Source: Anthoceros angustus (taxonomy: Eukaryota; Plantae; Anthocerotophyta). Taken from it: DNA of 64,000 nucleotides. The first letter of the stretch is position 1. The number at the start of each line of letters is the position of its first letter. Where the stretch lies: positions 248,001-312,000 of the forward strand of contig MU008202.1 in NCBI GenBank assembly GCA_010909165.1. Reading direction: 5' to 3'. Both the position numbers and the translations under genes were made by a program. This document shows positions 36,973 to 49,203 of the stretch, piece after piece. The notes under the pieces were generated by a model, which saw only the letters and a list, made by a program, of their open reading frames with translations, ran no database searches and was not told the origin of the DNA.

Positions 36973-39424
36973 TCTTGCTGCAGTATATCCGCCGCGATTC
37001 CCAGGCTGCGTGCTGCCAGTGCGAGTGCCAGTGCCAGTCCGGGAGCCGGTGCCTGCATATCCGTGCCAAGGTGCATCATCCCTTCGCTGCCGCTATCCAG
37101 CTACAAGGTGGAGCAGCTGGAGCTGCAGCTGCAAGTGCATGCTTGAGCGGGCGCGGCAGTCTCCGTCTCCGTCCCCGTCCCCGCAGCCAGCATGTCGCCT
37201 AGGTCAATAAGAGGCGCAGGAGGAGGTGGCAGCAATGCACGGCGCGAGAATGAACAAATTGGTGACACGAGTCGGGGCGGCCAAGATTGTGCGTTTCAAC
37301 AGGGGCCCGAGTCCCCTAGCAGGCACGCATGAGGCCCTGCGGCGGTGCGACTAGCCATACGAGAGCTCCATGCTGCTGCCCGAGTCTGCCAATCCAGGTC
37401 CCCGGTCAGAAGCAGCAACAGGCGAAATTGTTCGTCCGGACAGCAGCAGCAGCAGCAGCAGCATCGAACAACAAATCCGAGAGCAGCTTCTAGCTCCCGG
37501 CAGCCGGGCCGGCACCGGCCCGGGCCAAGGCTGGATCAGTCCCGCTAGGTGCTGCTGATTCCTACCAGAGGCAGAGCACACCAAACAGGCAGCAAACGAA
37601 GGCAACAACAAGCCAAGCGCGTGCAAAGCCAGCAGCTACGGCTACAGCCACCAGTGCACTGCCCCTTCCACTCCAGAGACGGCAAAAGAAATGAAGCAAA
37701 GTCCAGCAGCAGCCCGACTCGACCCGACCCGACCCGACCCCCGGCCACGCAAAGCAACAGAGTGCAAGGCGAGCGAAGACGGGCGCAGTGCACACAATGC
37801 AGCAGCAATTAGAGCAGAGCAGCGAGGCGCGCGACGGTAGCACGGGGAGCTGGAGGTCCAAGGAGACGCAGATGCGGGGTTGGCAGCGGGAGGCGATGGA
37901 GATGGGAGCACGGAACGGCTCGCGTTTCTTACCTGGGCCCGGCGGCATCGGCAGTGAGGCGAGCAGCAGCGAGGAGGAGGAGCAGGCGGGCGAGCCAGGG
38001 GCGAAGGAGGCACAGGCGAAGGAAGGAAGGCGAGGGCGCTGGCCGAAGGCAGGCCAGGGGAGAGGAGAGGTGAAGAGCAGAGAGGAGGAGGAGGAGGAAG
38101 GAGAGGAGAGGAGAGGAGAAAGGAGAAGCCCGGGGGGAAGGAGGGAGAGAGGATTGGCATGATTTTGCGTTAAAAGATTAAAAAGCGTGCGTGCAGGGAG
38201 GTTAACAGCGGCATAACCGGCGTTAAGGAGGCAGTAATGGCGTGGGCGCGCGTTAGGAGTCGGACATTGGGACCCGAGGGATAAATGAGAGTCGGGGGCA
38301 TATACGGTCCGGACTGCGGACGCCGGACTCCGGACGGGGTGTCGTTGGCTCTTAAACCAGGATGCTAAGTTATGCTCTGTTATTAGACCAGATGCATGTA
38401 AAGCGGCTGCTTTGTTCTGTGCTGGGGCCCGGGGGCCCGGGGGCCCGGGCCGGGCCGGGTGGGATAGATCCGATTCCCTGTCCGCTGCTGCCGTATGCTG
38501 TGTATGCATATGGCATCGCTATTACGCGGATGTAAGTGCAGGGGTCCAGTAAATGTAAACGAGACGCCTTTCGCTTTTGTTGGCTGGGTTAGGGCCGTGC
38601 ATGGGGCTGCGCGCGCACTGTGCACACGCAAGAGGCAGCAGACCAGAGAAGAGACTGCTCTGTGACAGACAGCGCAGAGAAGAGACGAGAAGAGAAGAGA
38701 AGAGAAGAGAGGCGAGGCAGTAAATGAGGGCGGCCTCAATTCCGGGCTCAAGGCTGTTGTGCGCAGCCAATGGGGAAAAAGGCGGGGCGCCCGACCACGG
38801 CCCGCGGGCGGGATACAGCGGAACCCAAAATGGAAGCAGCGGCAGCAGAGCCGAGGCGGAATTCGGGCAACAGCGGCGGCCCCTTTTTAAAGCTGCTGGC
38901 TCGCTCGCTCGCACTGTGACGAATCTGTTGTGTGCCAGGCTTCGCTTTGGGGCCCGCTGCAGAGTGCAGACCTGCTGCTTTTTTTTCGTTTTTTGGCCTT
39001 TCTTCCGTCCTTTTCCAGCCGGGGCCCGGCTGCCCGGTGCCCGGTGCCGGGTGCCGAGTTGAACGGAAAGAAACTGGTGACTGGGATGTGTGTATCGCGG
39101 GAGTAGCAACAGCCGGGACCGTAAAGCCAAGAAAGGCGGAGGCTCTTGTCGTGCAATGCTGGCTGGCCTCCTTTGCATAGGTACTCGACTTGTGTGCATG
39201 AGGACATGTATGCACATGCATGGCATGCATGGCTCATTGGCATACATCCCTAGCTTGGCATGCATCCATGCCTTGACTGCATTCAATGTGTTAGATAGGA
39301 AGCCCTAGAAAAAGAGGCGAGACGTGTCGTCATGTGGCGAGACGCGACCACAGACGCCGCCGACACCAGTTCCAGCTCCAGCTCCTCCTCCCCCTCCTTG
39401 GCTTGCGGTTTGCGTTAGCGTGCC

Positions 39425-39598
39425 GTCGGGAGTCGGGAGTCGGGAGTCGGGAGTCGGGAGTCGGGCGTCGGGAGTCGGGAGTCAGGAGTCAGGAGTCAGG
39501 AGTCGGGGTCAGGAGTCAGGGTCAGAGTCGGGAGTCAGGAGTCGGGAGTCCGGAGTCAGGAGTCAGGAGTCAGGCGTCAGGAGTCGGGAGTCGAGCGT
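39425..39598. repeat. (GGAGTCG/GGAGTCA)n heptamer array, ~25 units
   Basis: Read directly from the sequence. Smaller runs occur at ~39918-39960 and ~40528-40550. Confidence 0.95.
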
Positions 39599-41931
39599 CG
39601 GGCGTTGTTTGATGCGGTGTTTTGTGTTTTGTTTTTTTGTCCTTGTGCTGCCTCCACTCGATTGCTTACATGAGGCGAGGGATGGGGGCGGGCGATGAGC
39701 AGTTGCCGTGGCCTGCAAATCGGGGTGGGGCTAGGGGCCTGTTGGAATGATTGGGACCATCATGTGGCCACCCTCCCTTGTTTAAGCCCGTTTTAATCGC
39801 GCCACACGCTCGGACAGTAATCCCCAATGCGCCTACCCGGTTTTTCGCATTTCCCACATTTTCCTAATTGCGGGGCCCGGGCCCGGAACGGCTGCGGCGG
39901 CCAGGGCCCGGGCACCAGGAGTCGGGAGACTCGGGAATCGGGAGGCGACTGGAGTCGGGTCCAGTCCAGTGTCCAGTCTGGGCGAGCTGCGTGTGTGGAG
40001 AAAGAGAGAGAGAGAAGGACGGCCAATATGAATATGTATGCATGTACATATATCCCCTGGGCTACATGTAGGTGGTGCTGCAGGCTCCAGGCTCCAGGCT
40101 CCAGGCTCTAGGCTCCAGGCTCTAGGCTGCAGGCTAGGCTGCAGGCTAGGCTGCGGCGGAGGCCTTCCTTCTTCCTTTGTCACAGCCTTTCACAAGGCCT
40201 GTACGGGAGTCGGGCTCCACAGGCCGCGCGGCCTACCCGTGCCGTGCCGTGCCGTGCCCTGCGCTGGCTCTGGTCCTCTGGCCCTGGCCCTGGCCCTGGC
40301 CCCGGGCCCCGGGTCCCGGCCCAGCTTGCCGTGCCGTGCCGTGGCGTGCCAAGGCCGTGCCATGCCCTGCCGTGCCGTGCCGTGCCATTCTGTGCCGTTA
40401 CGACGGGCGTGGTGCCCTCGGTATGCCCAGCATTTCACACACGCTGGAGTCAGGTGGAACTTGGAACTTGGAAGCGAGCTGCAAGTCCATCCAAAAAATG
40501 TATGCACCCGCCTTCATAAGCAAGAGAGGGAGTCGGGAGTCGCGAGTCGGGACAGGGCGCGAGATTCGAGCTGCAGATTTTCTCACGATCCGCACCACTG
40601 TCTCACACAGACACAACAGCGCAGAACAGAGCAGAGCACTAGTGGCCGGTGGGCTGGAGGCAAACCGTTGTCCACCAATTTGTGCGAGCAGGAACCGCTG
40701 CCCATTCCACGCTCGCGCCTGTGAAATATTTCCCGGGAAAGGGGCAGGGGAAGGGGCAGGCATTATTGGGAAGGCCAAATGACTTTAAGCTATGATCGGA
40801 GTGGCCCTTTTGGGGCCTTGATTTTAGGATATTGCAGCCATTGGCACGCGAGGCCGAGGCGGGCCCCGTTATCGCGCCACCAACAGCGGCAACGGCAACG
40901 GCAACGGCAGCGGCCACCAGCTCCGTGGCAACGGGGCTACCCCCCGTTTCCGTTCCCCTTCCCTTCCCCTTTCCGTGCTAGCCACACCAACACCGAACGT
41001 TCCGTCCCGGGGACAGCCACGCCACGCCACGCCACCGTCCCACGCGCTGCTTCCCCCTCTCCTCTCCTCTCCTCCCCTCTCCTCCCGCCGTGGCCCAAGC
41101 CGGGGCCTGGCAGTGGGCAGTCGGCAGTCGGCAGTGGACAGTGGACAGTGGACAGTGGGCAGTGGGCAGTGGGCAGTGGGCAGGGGGCACGCCCTTCTAT
41201 GCCCTGACCGACTCTTCCGTCTTCTCTTCAGGTTCCTTCCTTCTTCCCACTCCTTCTAGAATTCACTCCCCTGCCACCTGCGCCCCCTGGCCCCTGCAGA
41301 CCAGGTAAAAAACAGGCCCCTGCTTTGCCGGCATCCGATTCCGAGTTCCCCAGCCCAGCCCAGCCCCAGCCCAGCCCAGCCCCAGCCCCAGCCCCAGCCC
41401 AAGCCCAAGCCCAAGCCCAAGCCCAGCCCCAGCCCAGCCCCAGCCCGGCCCCAGCCATGGCCACGGCATTTGCATGGCATATTTGGGGAAGCGCTGCTTG
41501 CGCTTCCCTCACACCATGTGACCACTTCATCACTGTTGTTTGCGTCTTTTGGAAAACCGTTTCTTGGCCTTGGCTTGTTGCTGTGCCCACCGACCCACCC
41601 ACCGCACCGCCCTTGCCACTTCGCTCTTCCCATTTCGACCGTTAGCAACACCGCTACCTCTGCCCATCCCATTCCATTCCATCCCGCTTTCACAAGCACC
41701 CCTTGCATCATCAGCCTCCTTCCTATCATTCCTAACCTTATCCCAACTCGTTCAGGCCAGGCCAGGCCGCATGAGCATCATCAAGATGTGATCACGGTGT
41801 GTGCAATGCATCATGTTTGCCTGCCCCAATTCCAATCATCATAAATGCCCAATATCTTCTTGGAAGCTCACATATTAGGTATTACATCATGCCGTCGCCC
41901 CAATGCTGATATTAACCAACTATCCGGGGAC

Positions 41932-42014
41932 GGAGTCGGGAGTCGGGGGTCGGGAGTCAGGTCGGGGTCAGGGGTCAGGAGTCAGGGGTCAGGGGTCAGG
42001 AGTCCAGGTCAGGG

Positions 42015-42048
<34 letters not shown>

Positions 42049-42049
42049 G

Positions 42050-42087
<38 letters not shown>

Positions 42088-42110
42088 GGGAGTCGGGAGT
42101 CGGGGGTCGG
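41932..42110. repeat. Second (GGAGTCA/GGGGTCA)n heptamer array, ~25 units
   Basis: Same unit family and same strand as 39425-39598. Confidence 0.95.
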
Positions 42111-45049
42111 GACAAGGGCACATTTTCGGGTTATCATTTTTTGACTTTTGCTACTGTCCAAATTCATGACGGAAGCAGCAGCAGCACTACCACAGCCTCC
42201 CTTGGCCTTGGCCCCTGCGCGCAGGCCGCAGCAGCAAGTACACAAAAGGGCAACCCACTCCATGCTCGAAACGTATCCAGTGGATAAATTGCATCTACTC
42301 CCATGAATACTACTCCACCTAATCTCCCCTCACCGCACCCCTCATTAAATAGGGGTACTCAGTCCAGCGGGTAAAACAAGGCATGTCAGCGGGCAAATCT
42401 CCTGTCCAACAGCAACATCTCCATAATACATTTTCTATTCTGCATGCCATTGCTCAGGCCCCCGGATCCCCAGACTGCAGTGCACCACCGCCACTGCTTC
42501 TTGCTTCTTTGGCTTGCAGACACAGTGGCAGAACGTACCTCCCCTCCTCCGCCTCCTGTAACAACGGCAGATTGCATTCATTCACATTTTCTTTCGCATA
42601 CGTCTGACACTGTATGCTCACGACATTAATTAAGCACGGAAGGTGGCTAATTTGTATTCGTAATTGGCACGGGAAGGAAGGCCCAGGCCCCAGGCGGGGG
42701 GAGCAAGTGGAGGCAAAGCAATAAATGCTGCCTTGCGCTACCCAAGATCTAGGACCTGCAGGCTGCCGCGCATTCAATGCTACTCCAGCTCATCGCGCAA
42801 GGCAGGGGCCGAGCCTGGAGGGGGCGGGGGGCCCCACGCCCCTCTGCTTAATTGCATACTGCGGAATTAGCAGCCTCAGGTTCAGCAGCGCGGGCTTCCG
42901 GTGGGTGATGTTGCACATTCGGGATAAGGTGGAGCCCAGAGTGGAGCAAAGCGACAGGCGGGGCCAGGCCAGGCCCCGCACCATCAATGTCCGATTCCCT
43001 TCGCTTTTTCCAGTTGTGCCCAACACAGCTCTCAAAAGCCCATGTGACGGTCTGCAGAGCCAGCCCAGCCCAGCCCCGCCCCGCCAGGAACTTGCTTCTC
43101 CTCTCCTCTCCTCTCCTCTGCTAATAAGCACCATGCGGCTGCCTGCCGGATGCCAGCAGCCAACAGTCTCGTCGGACAGTCCCAAACATTACAAAGTGAT
43201 GATGACAACATCCTCGACCTCGATGCCAGTGGTGGAGTGTACAGATTAACTCATGGAAGAAGCGAAGCTGGCAATGGAAGCAGAAGCTCCCAGTCCCAGT
43301 CCCAGTCCCAGTCCCAGTCCAAGTCCAAGTCCGAAACATCATATAACTTTCAAGGGGCAACCTGCCCTTTTTCTTTTTCTATTTTCTATTGTATTGCACC
43401 GTGCAACGTATGCCTCCGATTCTGAGGCCTGTCAGTTTTGAGGCTTCGGTGCTTCCATGCGCAACGGCAGCAGCAGCAGCAGCCGCAAGCGTCCATCCGG
43501 ACTCCGGCCCGAAACGGGCGCGGCCGGCTGCCGGCTGCTGGCTGCTGGCTGCTGGCTCCTGGCTGCTGGCTGCGGGCTGCTGGCTGCGGGCTGCTGGCTG
43601 CGGGCTGCTGGCTGCGGGCTGCTGGCTGCGGGGCTGCTGTCTGTGACATGCTGGCGAGGGAGGCGATGGAACCGGGGGCCCGGCCCACATCCGCAATCGA
43701 ATGGGAGATGCATGTGAATACGAGGGTACAGCGCATGTGACTCCCAAGGTGGGCCCGATTCCCACTGCACTGAGCCTGTGCCGACCGGATACCACCGACA
43801 CTGGCGTCCGCTGCTTTCCCGCCTCCACACACATACATATATACGCACAGGCGTCCGCTCGGGAACCCAACCGCGCCTGCGCCTGGGCCTGAGCCTTGGC
43901 CTGCCACCACACCTGCCCCCGCTAATGCGGGATTTCGTCTTGCACCATATCAGCTCGCCCCTCGAGGACTGCCCAGCCCTCTCGCCGCCTCGACTTCGCC
44001 GACAGACCTCCATCGCACTCGATTTGTCTTGCTTACTTGCTACCCTTCTCATTCCAGTTTCCCTCCCTTCAGCGCTATGTATGTACGTGCATTCCACCAT
44101 CTGGTATACTACACAGCTCTTACATTTGTACCACGTATGGAGCAATCCGTGTCCATGTTCCACTTGGACAATATTTCCGGAACTGGAACTCGAATCCTAC
44201 GACTTCCAAAAAACATATGATAACATAAAAGAATTACGAAATTGATTTAAGAGAGTGAGTGAGTATCTTATAGGAAAGTGGCTCTTGTCGCATAGCATTT
44301 TATGGCCCTCAATGGAACCCAAGTGTAGTACCATGGCTCTTGTAAGGTTCTTCGTTGCCCTTCAAATTTTTTTGTATTTGCTTCAAAACATGCCACCTCA
44401 TCCTTACTGCTTAAAACACACATTGGAGAATGCAAATTGTGCACCTTAGAAAGGGCTTAGAGTGGTACAATGTTCGAAGGGTTGTGAGAACATTCTAAGC
44501 GGATGTTCTAAGCCTATGAGAACATTGTGTCATTCTTGTCAACTCTAAAAATCTATCTTTTAACTTAGTTCCTTCAAATATGTGATCCCCTAATTCTCCA
44601 TGATCTCCAAATTGATTTGACTACTTTCATAAAATTGAATTGATCTCTGAATTCTCCAAGTACGGTCTACCCTCGATCTATGTTTCTTCAATACAGGTTA
44701 TTCCCACATTATATGTTACTCACCCTCCTACTTGTATTACATACACATACATACTTTTCTTTCAATAACTTAGTCATAGTCTATACTTTATACCTCTCTT
44801 TTCTCAATTGTACATAAAGGGCTTTTCTAAATTTCTTCTTCTTCTTATCTGGGTTTGGGTAATTTTAGAACTTTATACCTCTCCTTTCTCAAGTATAAAG
44901 AAAAGCGGAGAAGGCTTTTGGCACTCTCCGCAGTAGTTCCCTCAAGAAATTTCGGATATTTGCTTTGTAGTCATGTTGTTACTAGTTTTGCATGTCTGTG
45001 TATGATGCATTTATCATCATAATATTTCATGTTCTAAATAGCATCATGA

Positions 45050-45725
45050 TATTCCATATTCTATTGTCATTTGGACTACCCATTACCCTGGCCTATCAAG
45101 TTTTGTATACATTACTCATGTTGAGCCGCCTTTTGTATCAATGTCGAGACACTCGACACGTTTTGTATACATTCAACATGTTGAGACAAGTTGTTACCTG
45201 GATTGCCCATTACGGGCTGGCCTATTCAGGTAAACATGTTGAGACGGATTGTCATTTGAAATGCCCATTACATGCTGACTTACCACGTTTTGTACAATAA
45301 TGAGATAGGTTGTCATTTGGACTGCCCATTGCCTTGGCTTATCACGTTTTGCATACATTAAGCATGTGGAGAGAGGTTGTCATTTGGACTACCCATTACC
45401 TTGGCCTAAATCACATTTTGTATGCATTTATCATGTTGAGCCTAATTGCCCATTACCCTAGCCTATCACATTTTGTATCCATTACCCTGTCTTATCAGTT
45501 TCGTATATATTAAACATGCGGAGACGGGTTGTCATTTGAACTGCCCATTACCCTAGCCTATCATGTTTTGTATACATTAAGCATGTTGAGTCTAATTGCC
45601 CATTATCCTAGCCTATCACGTTTTGTATACATTAAGCATGTTGAGCCTAATTGCCCATTACCCTAGCCTCTCACGTTTTGTATACATCAAACATGTTAGG
45701 CCTAATTGCCCATTACCCTAGCCTA
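45050..45725. repeat. Degenerate AT-rich satellite (~55-95-bp units)
   Basis: TGCCCATTACCCTAGCCTATCACGTTTTGTATACATTAAGCATGTTGAG-type units recur about 9 times. Confidence 0.85.
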
Positions 45726-46050
45726 TGATATCTTGAGTGTCTTAGTTTGTGCAGCCAATTTGCTGATCATTGGTCTTGATGTGGGGAATTAGGGGGAATT
45801 CTGTAGCCTGGCCTTGCAGAGGAATGAAACCAAGGGTAGAAATTGTAGACCCTCTGGACTTTGTTTATTAGTTGTTAGTTATGGATATATCGTAGAAACT
45901 TCTTACTTTTCATTAATTCTTACCTATCCAGTTCTTTGGTATTTCATAGACTAAAATATTTTCTACCTCTTCTTTCTTAAGTATGTATAAAACGCTTCTT
46001 CGATATTTCATGAAATAAAATAGTTTCTACATCTCCTTTCTTAAGTATAT

Positions 46051-46140
46051 ATCAAACGAACTTCTTACCTATTTGGTTATATCAAACGAACTTCTTACCT
46101 ATTTGGTTGTATCAAACGAACTTCTTACCTATCTGGTCGT
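46051..46140. repeat. 30-bp tandem repeat x3
   Basis: The unit is ATCAAACGAACTTCTTACCTATTTGGTT(A/G)T. Confidence 0.92.
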
Positions 46141-46195
46141 TTGGAGTAAAGGTGAAAGGTTTTGCCACTAGGAACAGCCGACCGGTGAAGTAGCT

Positions 46196-46268
46196 CGCGC
46201 GAGGAAGGCGTCGAACCTGCGGCTTGCTGTTTAGGAAACAGATGCTCTATCCACCGAGCTACACGCGC
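46196..46268 (-). tRNA. trnR-CCU: tRNA-Arg(CCT), nuclear plant type, with two stem mismatches
   Basis: The sequence is GCGCGTGTAGCTCGGTGGATAGAGCATCTGTTTCCTAAACAGCAAGCCGCAGGTTCGACGCCTTCCTCGCGCG (73 nt). It has an A-box, a GTTCGA T-loop and anticodon loop TTCCTAA. Confidence 0.8.
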
Positions 46269-49203
46269 GTACAAAGTCATTTTTTTATCTAAATTTAAAT
46301 TTACAAAACCTTATCATGGGTAAATCTTTGAGTGCGGAAGTACCTCGGACTTTTAGTGGAAAGATTACAGGATGTGCCGTGATTACTTATGGCAGTAGGG
46401 AGCATGGCCGCACACATGGATAGATCGTTGGGCATCGAGTAAGTTATGTCATCCCAGCATCATAGAAATCATCGTCCCAGGAGCACGAGCTGTTTGTTTA
46501 GGCGGGACGGGAGTTCCTCATTACATAGACACACTCACACACACATGGACCGTGTCGTTGTGGAGTGTTGTGGAATCGCCCGATTGCCTGATTGCCTGAT
46601 TGCCTGATTGCAAAGGTATTAACGGCCCGCATGCAGGCTGCAGTCCACCCAGGCGTCTCTCTCAATTCTTGCAAGCCGCCTGTCTGTGCGAGTAGAGACT
46701 GTACATGAGCAGGCAACAGGGCGGCCAATGAATGGCCGATCCCTATTCCGCTGCTAGAGCATAAACCTTGGCCAAGGTGGGGTTCCAAGTTCCAACCTCC
46801 GGGACCGGGGCCCGGCCAAGCTCCATCGAGCCCTGCCCTGTCCGGCCCGGGCCCAGCCGGTGCATCATCGCCCATCATCGCGTTCCGTTACGTAAGGCAA
46901 GGAGTGACATACAGACATGAGTTCATCGGAACTCCCCAGTTAAGCGTCCTTGGGACGCATCAGTACTCAGATGGCATGTCACTCGTCTCCCAGTTTTATG
47001 GCGCTCAGATGGGGTGCCATTCGTCTCCCAGTTTCATGGCCGTTGTGGGGCTACCTGTCTGTGTCTGTGCAGCGTGCGGCCAAGGGGTTAGACGTATCTA
47101 TAAACTCTTGAATTATCGCTAAAAAAACCAAAAGCCGCGGCAGCCTGAAGCCTGCTGACCGCTAACGGCTGCGGCCAGTCCCAGCCCAGAGCACGCCTGT
47201 TTCATTAGCCAGCCCCCTTGGACTTGTTACGTAGGTACATTACTTGCGTCTCTCCCGTTCCCTCTCCAAGTCTCCAGTTTTTGTTTCACCTACCCTTCAC
47301 CTACCTCTTCCCCCCATTGCATGCATTCGCATGCAGCCCCGCCTTACATGTGTGCATGATGGAGGCATTTGAAAAATGGTTAGATCTGTGGAGATGTTAA
47401 AATCCATGATGGGCGTTAGGGCATCATCAGGATCAGGCCGGCATGTTGGACGAGCGGTGCACGAGTTCGCCTTATTCTACAACCCCCTCCAGGCTTTCAG
47501 CCTTTCAGCCTTGAGCCTTGAGCCTTGAGCCTTGAGCCTTGAAGCCCAGCAAAGCAGCAGGTAGGTAAAGCGAGGCATTCCCGATGATAATGGCAATTAG
47601 GCGTTATGAGTGAAGGGTGAAAAAAGTCGTGGAGTCACGCGAAAACGCGCCACCCGGGACGGCGCCACATGAGAAGAACGTGAGAGGCCTGGCCGCGTAG
47701 GAGGCCGGCCGGGTAAGGTAGCAGCCGGTCGCTGCCGGTGGCCTGGCCGGCAACTGTCCCGACTGGAGGCTGGAAGAGAGTGGGCCGGGCCGGACCGGGT
47801 TGCGAGTGTCCCGACATGTGAAAAGAAATGATTTGTCCCCTCCCGGGAGGCTCTGGCGCATACACACAGAAGGCGTACATACTGACGGACTGAGCTGCTG
47901 TAGGCGATGTACGCGTACAGGCAAGCGTATGCAGAGGGTGGCGTCTGTTTCCGTTTCCGCCCAGGCTCTGTTGTGTTCCAGTTTCCGTATGTGCGCAGGT
48001 GGTGATGATAGGTGTCGGAAGATCCCACATCGCATCGATTCCATCCGCAGTCCGCGCGCCGCTGCCCGCTGCCCCTGCCCCTGCCCCTGCCCCTGCCCCT
48101 GCCCGCTGCCCGCTGCCCGCTGCCCGGTCGGCTGCAGTTTGGGCCGGTCACCACGACTGGCCGAGCCGGCCCGGGCCAGGTAATGGCGCTGCGGTGGGCC
48201 TTTGCCGTGCCGCGCCCATCATCATAGCCATGATCATCCTTTCCATGCGACTCGGCTCCCATCCCCATCACATCTCGTGACACTTCGCCTGCGGCCTGCC
48301 TGTCCCTTCTTCTTGTTGCGCACAAGGACCCCCGGGCTCCTCCGATTCCACCTCCGCCCCCTCACATTATCACGCAAATTTGTCAATCGCTCACAATCAT
48401 GGAGCACTAAAAAGGCGCTGCCCATACACCCGCCTAAAAGCCTGAAAGCCTGAAGGCCTGAAAGCCTGAAAGCCTGAAAGCTGAAGCGTTACGCAAGCAT
48501 CTACCTCAGCGTCGGTCATGCTTGGGATTGGGAAGGCAGCAGGGCGGCAAGGATTAACAGCCCAAAGCGCCCAGTGCAGGTACGGTACACAAGCCCCGGG
48601 CCCAGCTTGAGCTGGCGCCGCTTGCTGTCAGCTTTCACGACACCAACCTTCTGCTACTTTTGACTCCCAACCCAAACCATATGTGACAACCCCAAGCCAC
48701 TCAAGCGCAGGTCCTGTACCACGGACCACTCGCCACTTCGCCACTCCACGGAGCCAGCCATGGTAGTGTATGTGTAACTCGACAACTACCAGACAAACCC
48801 ACCCAGATGATGCCCTGTTAACGTATCAGTGTCATCCGAAAGCCATCTCTCGGACCCTCTCTGGTATGAAATGGAGTGGCAGGGATGAATTAGTGTAACA
48901 AGCCACAAGCACGTGGCTGCTGCGACACCTAGCAATCACAGCCCTACTGCGTGACGAAGCACCCCGCCCTGGCTACACTCTCCCATGGGGGGCCATCTTC
49001 GTCCGTCCTTCCTTGTCTCTCAACCACCTCCCTCACTGTCATTCCCCAGATCAACAAAGAAATGACGTGCAACTAGTGTAAACGGCAGACCGCCATATCT
49101 ACCTCGTCACCCAACTCGCCGAGTGTCAACTCTCCAGGCCGCAACGACAACAACAGATAACGAGAAAACATCTAACTTTATTCCCTCCTCCACCTGCAAA
49201 ATA

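Larger units (their letters stand above)
37200..44200. repeat. GC-rich block dense in simple repeats, upstream of C3HDZ
   Basis: Arrays include (CCAGGCT)n at ~40080, (GCCGT)n at ~40240-40385, (GCAGTGG)n at ~41110, (CCCAG/CCCAAG)n at ~41350-41455, (CCCAGT)n at ~43290 and (GCTGGCT)n at ~43530. No recognisable coding exons are present. Confidence 0.85.

Noticed and set aside
37568-37674. miR408-like pair (GAGGCAGAGCAC / GTGCACTGCCCC)
   Set aside because: Only ~12 nt pair, and the rest diverges from miR408 and does not form a duplex. It is probably chance.
37200-44250. Many long ORFs (up to 315 aa) upstream of C3HDZ
   Set aside because: They translate GC-rich microsatellites (e.g. GVRSQES, WAWAW) on both strands, with no domain signal or consistent splice structure.
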